Source: Alphaproteobacteria bacterium (lineage in GTDB: Bacteria; Pseudomonadota; Alphaproteobacteria; Bin95). From it: 64,000 bases of DNA. The DNA is taken from positions 1,384,592-1,448,591 of the forward strand of contig CBDCQY010000001.1 of assembly GCA_965220855.1 (NCBI GenBank), in the 5' to 3' direction. Of this stretch, positions 9,801 to 18,709 are shown piece after piece; positions within the stretch are counted from its first letter, which is position 1, and each line of letters begins with the position of its first letter. The notes beneath the pieces are model-generated. The model was not told where the DNA came from. It did no database searches and worked only from the letters and a program-made list of their open reading frames with translations. The position numbers and the translations under genes were made by a program.

Positions 9801-10686
9801 GCAGAAGAAGCTGGCTGCGGGCGGGGCGCTGCACGCTGCGGTCGGCGTCGGTTACGGCGATATGGAGCATGCGCCCGCCGGCGAGGATCGGACGAGGGCG
9901 GATCTGGACATGCTGCTGGCCTTGGCGGGAGGCCGCTGGCCGGCGGCGCGGAGCGGCGGTCTGGCGCTGTCGGTCACCGGCGATGCGGGTCTGGCGCGCA
10001 TGGAGACCGATGGCGACGGCGACGACAGCCCGATCGCGGGTCTCAAGGCGGAGGTTTGGCGGCTGCGCGCCGGTCTGGAGGCGGCGCATGACGGTCTGAT
10101 GCTGGCGGACACCGGTTCTGGCCTCCGGCTGACGCCGCTTCTTTCGCTCGCGCTCCGGCAGGATGGCGGCGACGGACAGACCGGAACCGGCCTGGAGGCC
10201 GGGGCGCGCTTTGCCTTCGCCGGTCCGGGATCGCGCCTCGGCTTGGACGTGCATGGCCATTGGCTGGCGCTGCATTCCGAAAGCAGCCGCCGTGAGTGGG
10301 GCGCTGGTCTGCAAGCGACCTTGAGGCCGGATGTTGGCGGCCGGGGCCTCTCGCTCTCGCTCGGCCCGCGCTGGGGCGCGCCGGGCGGAAGCATGGGCGC
10401 GTTGCGGAGCGACGACGCCTTCTCCGGGAGCGCTGCGCCGACGGACCGGGCTTCTCTGGCCGCCGGCGTCGCCTGGGGCATGGGCGTGGCCGATGGCGGA
10501 CTGCTGTCGCCCTTCATGGAACTGGACCTGGCCGGGGGCGAGGACGGCCGTCGGCGCTACAGCGCCGGAGCGGAACTGGGCCTGGCCGAGCAGCGGGTCC
10601 GGGCCCGACTGGCGGCCGAATGGATCGACGACAGCGCGGAAGGCAACGAAACCGGCATCGGCGTTCGCTTGCGTCTGCGCTTCTGA
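6811..10686 (+). CDS. type Va autotransporter adhesin, copy 2 (paralog of 3286..6606 with ~10 putative-Ig repeats)
   Basis: Signal peptide MTTLLDRAPVLWGLLWPALVACALIASPAWSQ. The 3' ~1.4 kb is ~99% identical to copy 1. The N-terminal ~170 aa are divergent but have 6 positionally conserved Cys. Ends ...GVRLRLRF. Confidence 0.85.
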   Translation: MTTLLDRAPVLWGLLWPALVACALIASPAWSQSQQCESGGEGSSHHPKAEPKGTITKLAAANEYRIEVAWPLARFTEDGSVCSSTTWHYPFLSDAGSRSCQIDPVSDHAIDGDNSGGSLQVDVTRIDSGNPSCDYISTGRYRASLREEDSLGINIYTICSLSANTFRNRFDACESDFVTLSLASAPRFEETISDRTWEQYAAIETVTLPVASGGEAALVYTLTPALPAGLSFDADARTIAGAPTDAQASTTYTYKATDNDGNAALLTFQLEVVTPPLTFGGESIDDQTWPIGRAIQPLTLPAAAGGLLPLTYTLRPALPDGVSFDPSTRRISGAPTVAQTATTYTYTATDSDTPADMATLTFTIAVSGELTFGGGNIEDRTYSTGLEIAPLQLPAAAGGDPPLVYTLTPPPPAGLVFDAATRRLSGAPSTPQVATAYTYTVTDGHGDTATLGFAIAVDANSRPSFGGAVIDDRTYNQGLTIATVQLPVATGGNGPLTYTLRPALPDGVSFDPLTRRISGAPTVAQTTTTYTYTATDSDTPAAVATLTFTILVSGELTFDGGNIEDRTYSTGLEIAPLQLPAAAGGDPPLVYTLTPPPPAGLVFDAATRRLSGAPSTPQVATAYTYTVTDGHGATATLGFAIAVDANSRPSFGGAVIDDRTYSQGLAIATVQLPAATGGNGPLTYTLTGALPTGLSFDAASRQIAGAPSSLQAATGYTYMATDRDGESVALNFTIAVETDSSPSFGGVGVPDQNYARGEEIEPLQLPAATGGNGALTYALTPAPPAGLALSSRWLSGAPTGAQAAATYTWRATDRDGDTAMLTFAIAVEETTEEMRRLAWDVLADIGRASLASAADTIHQRLDTPPDATMKLAGQKVELMSFASGSFQWPNRRAVSQWLNADTLLARSAFLLPLAKGGGSRSDWTFWGRGDLRRFEGGRQRASHESSLASGWLGLDAQLGDGLLAGAALSRSWSETDWRLAEDKGEIETSLNSVYGYMQKKLAAGGALHAAVGVGYGDMEHAPAGEDRTRADLDMLLALAGGRWPAARSGGLALSVTGDAGLARMETDGDGDDSPIAGLKAEVWRLRAGLEAAHDGLMLADTGSGLRLTPLLSLALRQDGGDGQTGTGLEAGARFAFAGPGSRLGLDVHGHWLALHSESSRREWGAGLQATLRPDVGGRGLSLSLGPRWGAPGGSMGALRSDDAFSGSAAPTDRASLAAGVAWGMGVADGGLLSPFMELDLAGGEDGRRRYSAGAELGLAEQRVRARLAAEWIDDSAEGNETGIGVRLRLRF
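7921..9036 (+). repeat. internal 558-bp tandem duplication (two He_PIG repeat pairs) inside autotransporter copy 2
   Basis: The string accttcgg/atggcggcaatatcgaggatcggacctacagcacggggctggaaattgcgccg recurs at 7921 and 8479. Identical antisense ORFs at 7928..8134 and 8486..8692 are 558 bp apart. This accounts for copy 2 being 555 bp longer than copy 1. Confidence 0.8.
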
Positions 10687-10687
10687 G

Positions 10688-13036
10688 CTACGCCTCCCGG
10701 ATTGCGCGCCAGATGCGTTCGGGGGTGGCGGGCATTTCGATGTGGCGGACGCCGAGGTCGGCCAGGGCGTGGCATAGGGCGTTCACGACCAGGCCGAGGG
10801 CGGGGGTCGTGCCGCCCTCGCCGCCGGGGCGGACGCCGTGCGGGTGCGAGCTTGCCGGCGTTTCTCCGAGCAGCGTCCTGAGCGGCGGCAGGTCGTCGGC
10901 GCGCGGCATGGCGTAGTCCATGAAGGAGCCGGTCAGCAGCTGGCCGTCCTCTGGCCGGTAGCAGACCGCCTCCAGCAGCGCCTGGCCCGCCCCCTGCGCG
11001 ATGGCGCCCTGCGCCTGGCCGTGCAGGATGAGCGGGTTGACCGCGAGGCCCACATCGTCGATCCCGGTCCAGGCGACGATGCGCGCCCGCCCGGTCTCGG
11101 GATCGACTTCCACCTCGCAGACATGCGCGCCATAAGGATAGCCGCCGGAACGGTCGGTGATGTCGCCGACGCCCTCCAGCGGCCCGCGCAGCGCCTCGGG
11201 CAGGCTCGCGCCCTCCGCCGCCCCGGCCAGCTGCTCCAGGCGGATGCTGGCCCCGCCGCCGGCGTGGAAGGCGCCCTCGCGCCAGCGAAGCTCCTCCGGC
11301 CGGGCCTGCAGCAGATGCGCCGCCATGGCCCGGCCGCGCGCGAGCAGCGCCGCCACCGCCTGTTCGATGGCGATGCTGGCGAGGCGCATCGATCGCCCGG
11401 AATGCGAGCCGCCGCCGACGGTTATCCGATCGGTGTCGTTGGCGACATAACGGATGCGCTCGAAGGCGACGCCCAGCCAGTCGCCCGCCAGCTGCGGAAA
11501 GCTGGTCTCATGGCCCTGGCCGCTGCTCATCGTGCCGACCGCAAGCTCGATCTCGCCCGAGGCGAGCGCCCGGAGTTCGGCCCGCTCGCGGGGGATGCCG
11601 CTGGTCACCTCGATATAGTTGGCGACCGCGATGCCCCGCCGGAGCCCGCGCCGGGCCGCCTCCGCCCGGCGCGCCTCGAAGCCGGTCCAGTCGGCCGCCG
11701 CGAGCGCCCGGTCCATGGCGGCGGGATAGTCGCCGCTGTCATAGGTGACGCCGACGGCGTTGGTAAACGGCATGGCGTCCGGGCGGATCAGGTTGCGCCG
11801 GCGCAGCTCCGCCCGGTCGCAGCCGAGCCGCCCGGCGGCGAGTTCGATCAGCCGCTCGATCGTGTAGATCGCTTCCGGGCGCCCGGCGCTGCGATAGACG
11901 GCCGTCGGCGCGGTGTTGGTCAGCACCGCATGGCCGCGAAAGTGGACGGCGGGGATGCGGTAGCTGCCCTGCATCATCGAAAGGCCCTTGCGCAGCGGCC
12001 AGAAATAGACCGCATAGGCGCCGAGATTGAGCGTGTTGACGCCCCGGAGCGCGAGGAAGTTGCCGTCTGCGTCCAGCGCCAGTTCCGCTTGCGAGAACAG
12101 GTCGCGGGCCTGATAGTCGGAGAGGAAGCATTCGCGCCGGTCGGCGACCCACTTCACCGGGCGCCCCGTGCGCCGGGCCGCCCAGGGCATGAGCGCGAAT
12201 TCCGGCGAGAAGGCGTTGCGCGTGCCGAAATTGCCGCCCATGTCGCCGAAGACCGCGCGGCACGTCTCCAGAGGCGCGCCGAGCACGGCCGCAAGCCGCT
12301 CGCGCGTCTGCACCGCGCCGCGCCCGGAGGCCGCCCGCAGCGTGTAGCGCTCCGTCGCCGAGTCATACTCGCCGATGACGGCGCGCGGCTCCATCGGCGC
12401 GCCGTTGACGCGCTGGACATGGCTCTCGAACGAGACGGTGTGCGCGGCGCGCGCAAAGGCCGCCGCCACCGCCTGCGCATCGCCGACCTCGGCGGTGAGC
12501 GCCAGATTGTCGGCGCGGTCCGGCCAGAGGCGGGGCGCGTCGGCCGCCAGCGCCGCCCGCGCCTCCGTCACCGCCGGCAGCGGCTCATACTCGACCGCGA
12601 CCAGCTCCGCCGCTTCGGCGGCCAGTGCGGCGGTCTCCGCGACGACCAGCGCCACCGCCTCGCCGCAATAGCGCGCCCGGTCCGCCGGCAGCGGCAGGTT
12701 GGGCGTGTCGGCGACCTCGAAGCCGGGCGGCAGGCGAAGCTCCGCGTCCGGCGGGCCGGTCCAGTCCGGCTTGTGCGGGATCGGCTGCAAGCCGTCCGCT
12801 GCGGCGTCGGCCCCGGTCAGCACCGCCAGCACGCCCGGCAGGGCGGCCGCGCGGGCGCCGTCGATGGCGCGGATGCGGGCATGGGCGTGGGGCGAGCGCA
12901 CCATGGCGGCGTGGGCCAGGCGCTTGGGCGCGACGTCATCGACATAGCGCCCGCGCCCGGTCAGCAGCCGCCGGTCCTCCGTCCTTCGGCGCGGCTTGCC
13001 GATCTCGCCGCCGCCGGCTCCGCTTGCCCCCGTCAT
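10688..13036 (-). CDS. xanthine dehydrogenase / aldehyde oxidase / CO-dehydrogenase family molybdopterin-binding large subunit (CoxL-like)
   Basis: 782 aa with IGKPRRRTEDRRLLTGRGRYVDDV at the N-terminus and typical MoCo-binding domains. I prefer the ATG at 13036 because GGGGAGAAG lies 7 nt upstream. The stop is 1 nt from the stop of autotransporter copy 2 (convergent). Confidence 0.85.
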   Translation of the reverse strand: MTGASGAGGGEIGKPRRRTEDRRLLTGRGRYVDDVAPKRLAHAAMVRSPHAHARIRAIDGARAAALPGVLAVLTGADAAADGLQPIPHKPDWTGPPDAELRLPPGFEVADTPNLPLPADRARYCGEAVALVVAETAALAAEAAELVAVEYEPLPAVTEARAALAADAPRLWPDRADNLALTAEVGDAQAVAAAFARAAHTVSFESHVQRVNGAPMEPRAVIGEYDSATERYTLRAASGRGAVQTRERLAAVLGAPLETCRAVFGDMGGNFGTRNAFSPEFALMPWAARRTGRPVKWVADRRECFLSDYQARDLFSQAELALDADGNFLALRGVNTLNLGAYAVYFWPLRKGLSMMQGSYRIPAVHFRGHAVLTNTAPTAVYRSAGRPEAIYTIERLIELAAGRLGCDRAELRRRNLIRPDAMPFTNAVGVTYDSGDYPAAMDRALAAADWTGFEARRAEAARRGLRRGIAVANYIEVTSGIPRERAELRALASGEIELAVGTMSSGQGHETSFPQLAGDWLGVAFERIRYVANDTDRITVGGGSHSGRSMRLASIAIEQAVAALLARGRAMAAHLLQARPEELRWREGAFHAGGGASIRLEQLAGAAEGASLPEALRGPLEGVGDITDRSGGYPYGAHVCEVEVDPETGRARIVAWTGIDDVGLAVNPLILHGQAQGAIAQGAGQALLEAVCYRPEDGQLLTGSFMDYAMPRADDLPPLRTLLGETPASSHPHGVRPGGEGGTTPALGLVVNALCHALADLGVRHIEMPATPERIWRAIREA

Positions 13037-13082
13037 CGCTTCTCCCCGCATCCCGACGCCCGGCGGCGACCTTGCCCGCGAT

Positions 13083-13107
13083 GCGGCCGCGGTTCAATCG
13101 CGGCCGC
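13083..13107. promoter_or_regulatory. perfect inverted repeat GCGGCCGCG-N7-CGCGGCCGC in the divergent coxL / amidohydrolase intergenic region
   Basis: Seen directly: gcggccgcggttcaatcgcggccgc. This is a 9-bp stem with no mismatches, between two divergently transcribed genes. Confidence 0.4.
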
Positions 13108-13132
13108 TTGAGCTTCCGGCGGCGAGGCGGCA

Positions 13133-14161
13133 ATGATGCGCGCGACAGGGACCCGAAGAGGGAGTGCGCCGGTGCAGGCGATCGATTCTCACGCCCATTT
13201 CGCTCCGCAGGCGATGTTCGACGCGCTGGCGGGGGGCCGGGCGCGTTTCGCGGGCGTCGAGTGCCTGCAGCAGGACGGCGCCTTCCGGCTCGCTTTCGCC
13301 GGGCGCGCGCCCACGCGGCCGGTGATGGCGAAGCTCCGCGAAAGCGACGAGCGGCTCGCCTGGATGGACGAGCAGGGCCTCGACCGCCAGGTGGTCGCGC
13401 CCTGGACCGACAGTTTCGGCTATGAGCTGGACGCGCGGGGCGGGGCGGACTGGAGCCGCTTTCTCAACGAGGCGCTCTGGCGGGCCTGCGAGCGCGAGGA
13501 CCGGCTGATTCCGCTCGCCAGCGTGCCGTTGCAGGACGGCGCGGCGGCGGCGGAAGCCTTGTGCGAGGCGCTCGATCACGGTTTCCGGGGCGCGATGATC
13601 GGCACGCAGCCGAGGGGCGATTCCGGCGTGCTCGACGATCCGGGCCTGGAGCCGTTCTGGGCGGCGGCGCATGAGCGCGGGGCGGCGCTCTACATCCACC
13701 CCATGTATGTCGTCGGCGACCCGCGCGTCGCCGACTATGACATGGTGAACGCCGTCGGCCGGCTGACCGACACCACCATCGCCGTGGCGCGGCTGCTGTT
13801 CTCCGGCCACGTGCTCGACTATCCGGGCGCGAAGCTGATCCTGAGCCATGGCGGCGCGGCGCTGCCGTTCGCGCTCGGCCGGCTGGCGCGCAATGTCGAG
13901 GCGCATCCGGGCCGCTACGCCGATCCGGCGGCGGGGCTGGCGCGGCTCTATGTCGATAGCTGCGTCTTCCGTGCGGACGCGCTGCGCTTCCTGGTCGATC
14001 TGCTGGGCGCGGAGCGGGTGATGCTCGGCTCCGACTATCCCTTCCCGATCGGCGATCCGGCCCCGCGCAAGGTGGTGGAGGAGGCCCGGCTCAGCAGCGC
14101 GGAGCGCGCCGAAATCCTCTCGCATTCGACCGCACGCGTGCTGGGACTCCAAATCTCCTAA
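13133..14161 (+). CDS. amidohydrolase family protein (amidohydrolase-2 / ACMSD-like metal-dependent hydrolase)
   Basis: IDSHAHF near the N-terminus plus conserved His/Asp motifs. An alternative GTG start at 13172 is preceded by AGAGGGAG. Confidence 0.75.
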   Translation: MMRATGTRRGSAPVQAIDSHAHFAPQAMFDALAGGRARFAGVECLQQDGAFRLAFAGRAPTRPVMAKLRESDERLAWMDEQGLDRQVVAPWTDSFGYELDARGGADWSRFLNEALWRACEREDRLIPLASVPLQDGAAAAEALCEALDHGFRGAMIGTQPRGDSGVLDDPGLEPFWAAAHERGAALYIHPMYVVGDPRVADYDMVNAVGRLTDTTIAVARLLFSGHVLDYPGAKLILSHGGAALPFALGRLARNVEAHPGRYADPAAGLARLYVDSCVFRADALRFLVDLLGAERVMLGSDYPFPIGDPAPRKVVEEARLSSAERAEILSHSTARVLGLQIS

Positions 14162-14265
14162 ATGTCCGCCTTGCATTCCGGCGCGCCATGGGGTCTTGTC
14201 GCGTCTTCCGGTCGGAGACCGGACCCGGACATGCAGAGGCTATCCGCTGACAGGGGAGAGATGCG

Positions 14266-15813
14266 ATGCGACGATTGGCGAAGGCTTGCGCGGCGCTGGC
14301 CGCGGTCGCCTGCCTGGCGGGCGGCGGCGCCCATGCCGGCAAGGACAACGACACGCTGGTCTGGGCGACGGACCGGGAGGCCGATGTCGCCCTGCCGTAT
14401 TACAACAACATCCGCGAGCTGGTCATCATCTCGGAGCTGGTGTGGGACACGCTGATCTTCCGCGACCCCCACAGCTTCGAATACAAGCCGCTGCTGGCGA
14501 CCGGCTGGGAGTGGATCGACGACAAGACCATCGACCTCGACCTGCGCCAGGGCGTGCGCTTCCATGACGGTTCGGACTTCGGCTCCGAAGACGTCGTCGC
14601 CACCTTCAACCATGTCGTGGCCGACGAGAGCGGCGTGCTGACCCGGCGCAATGTCGATTGGATCAAGACGGTCGAGGCGCTCGGCCCCTACAAGGTGCGC
14701 ATCCATCTCGCCAAGACCTTCCCGGCGGCGCTGGAGTTCCTGGCCATGGCGCTGCCGGTGTTCCCGAGCGAGATCTGGCAGACGGCCCGCAACGACGCCA
14801 CCGGCAAGCCCGACTGGGCGACCATCGACGAGATCGGCGCCGGTCCCTACAAGATCGCCGAGGTCGTGCCCGGCGAGTCGATCACCATGGTCCGCAACGA
14901 GGACTATTGGGCGGACAGCCCGAAAGGCCGGCCCGAGATCGGCACGGTGATCTTCAAGACGGTGCCCGACGCCGAAGCGCAGGTGGCCCAGCTGCTGACC
15001 GGCGAGATCGACTGGATCTGGGACGTCTCGAAGGACAAGGCCGCCGATCTCGCCGCGAGCGGCCAGGTGCAGGTGGTCAACGCCAAGACCTTCCGGGTCA
15101 GCTATCTGACCATGGACCGGGCCGGACGGTCGGGGACCGACATGGCGGCCAATCCCCTCTACGACAAGCGCGTCCGCCAGGCCATCGCCCATGCGATCGA
15201 CCGCAACGCCATCGCCAAGCAGCTGGTGGGCGAGGCCTCGGAGATGATCCACTCGGCCTGCCATCCGGCGCAGTTCGGCTGCACCCAGGAGGTGCCGCAA
15301 TATGAATACGATCCCGAGAAGGCCAAGGCGCTGCTCGCCGAGGCGGGCTTCCCCGACGGCTTCGAGATCGACCTCTACGCCTATCGCCAGCGGGAATACA
15401 CCGAGGCGGCGATGGGCTTCCTCGCCAAGGTCGGCATCCGCGCCAACCTCAAATACATGCAATACAAGACGTTGCGCGGCCTGGTGTGGGACGGCACGGC
15501 GGCCTTCCACCACATGACCTGGGGCTCCTACTCCATGGCGGACTCCTCCGCCATCACGAGCCACTTCTTCAAGCACGGCAAGGACGACTACTGCCTGGAC
15601 GACCAAATCCGGGACTGGCTGGACACCGCCGACACCAGCGTCGATCCGAAAGTGCGCGCCGAGCATTACAAGCTCGCGCTGGCCCGCATCCAGGAGGAGT
15701 TGTGCTGGCTGCCGATGTTCACCTACGCGAAATATTACGCCTTCGGCAACGAGGTGGACTTCACGCCGACCGACGACGAGATCCCGCGCTTCTATCTCGC
15801 GCGCTGGAAATAG
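14266..15813 (+). CDS. ABC transporter substrate-binding protein, family 5 (DppA/OppA/NikA-like)
   Basis: Signal peptide MRRLAKACAALAAVACLAGGGAHA. It is the first gene of a five-gene ABC operon. Confidence 0.85.
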   Translation: MRRLAKACAALAAVACLAGGGAHAGKDNDTLVWATDREADVALPYYNNIRELVIISELVWDTLIFRDPHSFEYKPLLATGWEWIDDKTIDLDLRQGVRFHDGSDFGSEDVVATFNHVVADESGVLTRRNVDWIKTVEALGPYKVRIHLAKTFPAALEFLAMALPVFPSEIWQTARNDATGKPDWATIDEIGAGPYKIAEVVPGESITMVRNEDYWADSPKGRPEIGTVIFKTVPDAEAQVAQLLTGEIDWIWDVSKDKAADLAASGQVQVVNAKTFRVSYLTMDRAGRSGTDMAANPLYDKRVRQAIAHAIDRNAIAKQLVGEASEMIHSACHPAQFGCTQEVPQYEYDPEKAKALLAEAGFPDGFEIDLYAYRQREYTEAAMGFLAKVGIRANLKYMQYKTLRGLVWDGTAAFHHMTWGSYSMADSSAITSHFFKHGKDDYCLDDQIRDWLDTADTSVDPKVRAEHYKLALARIQEELCWLPMFTYAKYYAFGNEVDFTPTDDEIPRFYLARWK

Positions 15814-15867
15814 CCGGATGAGGCGGGGCGCGGCCGGCCGCGCCCCGTCCGCCGGGCGGACGCGCCC

Positions 15868-16788
15868 ATGCTGATCTTCACCCTGCGCCGCCTCGGCTAC
15901 GCGATTCTGGTGGCGGTCACCGTGTCGATCGTCACCTTCTCGCTGCTGCGGCTTTCGGGCGACCCCGCCGCCGCCATGGCCGGCGAGGGGGCCACCGAAG
16001 TCGATATCGAATATGTCCGCAAGGCCTACGGTTTCGACCGGCCGCTGCCGGAGCAATATTGGGACTGGGCCACGCGCGCCCTCGGCGGCGATTTCGGCGT
16101 CTCCGTCTATCTCAAGGAAAAGCCGGTGGCGGAGATCATCGCCGAGCGCGCGCCGGTCACCATGCAGCTCGGCTTCTTCGCGCTCGCCTTCGCGCTCGCG
16201 CTCTCCATACCGCTCGGCGTGCTGGCGGCGATGCGCCCCAACACGCTGATCGACCGCATCGCGCTCACCGTCGCGGTCTTCGGCCAGGCCATGCCGAGCT
16301 TCTTCTTCGGCCTGAGCCTGATCTTCATCTTCTCCGTCACCTGGCGCATCCTGCCGAGTTCCGGCAACGCCACGCTCGCGCACTACATCCTGCCCTCGAT
16401 CGCGCTCGGCTATTACGCCACGCCGCAGATCATGCGGCTGACGCGCGCCGGCATGATCGAGGTGCTGGGCTCCGACTATATCCGCACGGCGCGCGCCAAG
16501 GGGTTGCGCACGCCGATCGTGCTGTTCAAGCACGGGCTGCGCAACGCCATCATTCCGGTGGTGTCGCTCTCGGCGGCGCAGCTCGGCTTCATGCTGGGCG
16601 GGTCGGTGGTGATCGAGTCTATCTTCACCCTGAACGGCCTCGGGCGGCTGGCCTGGCAGTCCATCCAGCGCTCGGACTTCGAGGTGATGCAGGCCATCGT
16701 GCTCACCATTGCGAGCTTCTACATCCTCTTCAACCTGCTGGCGGACCTGCTGAACGCATTTCTCGATCCGCGCATCCGGGTCCACTAG
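15868..16788 (+). CDS. ABC transporter permease (DppB/OppB-like)
   Basis: Multi-TM protein with a C-terminus typical of BPD-transport permeases (...LNAFLDPRIRVH). Confidence 0.85.
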   Translation: MLIFTLRRLGYAILVAVTVSIVTFSLLRLSGDPAAAMAGEGATEVDIEYVRKAYGFDRPLPEQYWDWATRALGGDFGVSVYLKEKPVAEIIAERAPVTMQLGFFALAFALALSIPLGVLAAMRPNTLIDRIALTVAVFGQAMPSFFFGLSLIFIFSVTWRILPSSGNATLAHYILPSIALGYYATPQIMRLTRAGMIEVLGSDYIRTARAKGLRTPIVLFKHGLRNAIIPVVSLSAAQLGFMLGGSVVIESIFTLNGLGRLAWQSIQRSDFEVMQAIVLTIASFYILFNLLADLLNAFLDPRIRVH

Positions 16789-16790
16789 CC

Positions 16791-17702
16791 ATGGCCGAGA
16801 AACCGAGACCGCAGGAAGGCGCGGAGGGTCCGGCGATCCTGGAGCCCAGCCCCGGAGCCATTATGTTCCGGCGCGCGCGCCGCGACTGGGGCGTCATGCT
16901 GGGCGGCGGCATCATGCTGGCGCTGCTGATCGTCGCGCTCGCCGCCCCGCTGCTCACCTGGCACGACCCGCTGGAGCAGGACCTGCTGAACCGCTACGCG
17001 CCGCCGGTCTGGCATGAGGAGGGCAGCTGGAACCACCCCTTCGGCACCGACAAGTTCGGACGCGACTATTACGCCCGCATCGTCTATGGGGCGCGCGTCT
17101 CGCTCATGATCGGCTTCGCCGTCATGCTGATCTCGGGCGTGATCGGCACGGTGATGGGCGTCGCGGCGGGCTATTTCGGCGGCCGGCTGGACATGATCGT
17201 CACCTTCATGATCAACACGCGCCTCGCCATGCCGGTGGTGCTGATCGCGCTTGCGGTGATCGCGCTCACCGGCAGTTCGCTGGAAATCGTGATCGCGGTG
17301 CTCGGCTTCCTGCTCTGGGAGCGGTTCGCGCTGGTGATGCGCAGCTCGACGCAACAGGTGCGCAATCTCGACTATGTGGCGGCGGCGGAGGCGGCCGGCT
17401 GCTCGGCGCTGCGCATCCTCGCCACCGAGATCATGCCGAACGTGATGAACAATCTGATCGTGGTGGCGACGCTGGAGGTCGCGCACGCCATCCTGCTGGA
17501 GGCCGCGCTGTCCTTCCTCGGCCTCGGCGTGCAGCCGCCGGAGCCGTCCTGGGGGCTGATGATCGCCGAGGGCAAGGGCGACATGTATTTCAAGCCCTGG
17601 GTGATCGGCATTCCGGGCGTCGCGCTGTTCATGCTGCTGCTGGCGATCAACCTTCTGGGCGATGGCATTCGCGACGTGACGGCGCCGGAGAGCCGCAATT
17701 GA
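16791..17702 (+). CDS. ABC transporter permease (DppC/OppC-like)
   Basis: ATG at 16791 lies 2 nt after the upstream stop. The longer in-frame ORF starting at 16059 is an artefactual extension through dppB. Confidence 0.85.
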   Translation: MAEKPRPQEGAEGPAILEPSPGAIMFRRARRDWGVMLGGGIMLALLIVALAAPLLTWHDPLEQDLLNRYAPPVWHEEGSWNHPFGTDKFGRDYYARIVYGARVSLMIGFAVMLISGVIGTVMGVAAGYFGGRLDMIVTFMINTRLAMPVVLIALAVIALTGSSLEIVIAVLGFLLWERFALVMRSSTQQVRNLDYVAAAEAAGCSALRILATEIMPNVMNNLIVVATLEVAHAILLEAALSFLGLGVQPPEPSWGLMIAEGKGDMYFKPWVIGIPGVALFMLLLAINLLGDGIRDVTAPESRN

Positions 17703-18709
17703 GCCCGGTTCTCGAAGTCGCCAACCTGTCGGTCGATATCCCCATCGCGGCCGGGCTGCTGCATCCGGTGCGCGGCGTGAGCTTCCGCCTCAACCGGGGC
17801 GAGACGCTGGCCATCGTCGGCGAGTCGGGCTGCGGCAAGTCGCTGACCTCGCTCGCCGTGATGGGCCTCCTGCCCCAGGCCGCCCGGCGGCGCGCCGACC
17901 GGCTGCTGTTTCGGGGCGACGACATGCGCGCCTTCTCCGAGGCCCGGATGGCGGACATTCGCGGCAACCGCATGTCGATGATCTTCCAGGACCCGATGAC
18001 CTCGCTGAACCCGACCTACACCATCGGCAACCAGCTGGTGGAGGTGATGCTGCGGCATCGCAAGGTCGGCCGGCGCGCGGCCCTGGACCGCGCCGTACAC
18101 CTGCTGGAGCGGGTCGGCATCACGGCGGCCTCCAGCCGGCTCAAGCAATATCCGCATCAGCTTTCCGGCGGGCTGCGCCAGCGGGTGATGATCGCCATGG
18201 CGCTGATGTGCGATCCGGAAGTGCTGATCGCCGACGAGCCGACCACGGCCCTCGACGTGACCATCCAGGCGCAGATCCTGCTGCTGATCGCGCAACTCCA
18301 GAAGGAGTTCGACATCGGGGTGATCCTGATCACGCACGATCTGGGCGTGGTGGCGCGCGTCGCGGACCGGGTGGCGGTCATGTATGCCGGGCGCATCGTG
18401 GAGTCGGGCGCCGGGCGCGAGGTGTTCGGCAATCCGCGCCACCCCTACACGCAGGGCCTGATGGCCTGCATCCCGATACCCGGCCGCACCCGGCCGGGCG
18501 AGCATCTGGGCTCGATTCCGGGCATCGTGCCGACGCTGGTGGGCGGGCTGGAGGGCTGCATGTTCCGGGACCGCTGCCCGGCGGCCGACGCCGGCTGCCG
18601 CTCCTCCCCGCCGGAGCGCGCGCTCGGCCCCGGCCATCGCTATGAATGCCACCTCGCGCCCGAAGCGGCGGCCCGCGCCTGGCCCGCCGGCGGGGAGCGG
18701 CCGGCGTGA
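17699..18709 (+). CDS. ABC transporter ATP-binding protein (DppD/OppD-like)
   Basis: Walker A GESGCGKS and signature LSGGLRQR. The TTG start overlaps the upstream stop (TTGA). Confidence 0.85.
   Translation: MSPVLEVANLSVDIPIAAGLLHPVRGVSFRLNRGETLAIVGESGCGKSLTSLAVMGLLPQAARRRADRLLFRGDDMRAFSEARMADIRGNRMSMIFQDPMTSLNPTYTIGNQLVEVMLRHRKVGRRAALDRAVHLLERVGITAASSRLKQYPHQLSGGLRQRVMIAMALMCDPEVLIADEPTTALDVTIQAQILLLIAQLQKEFDIGVILITHDLGVVARVADRVAVMYAGRIVESGAGREVFGNPRHPYTQGLMACIPIPGRTRPGEHLGSIPGIVPTLVGGLEGCMFRDRCPAADAGCRSSPPERALGPGHRYECHLAPEAAARAWPAGGERPA

Noticed and set aside
10838-13111. 757-aa plus-strand ORF
   Set aside because: Antisense to the coxL-like gene, which carries clear molybdopterin-dehydrogenase motifs.
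14158-16785. 875-aa minus-strand ORF
   Set aside because: It is antisense to the dppA/B/C genes, which have clear family motifs and operon structure. It is a high-GC stop-codon-poor artefact and its product has low complexity (R/G/A/D-rich).
16059-16790. Long in-frame extension of the dppC ORF
   Set aside because: It runs through dppB in another frame. The true start is the ATG at 16791, right after the dppB stop.
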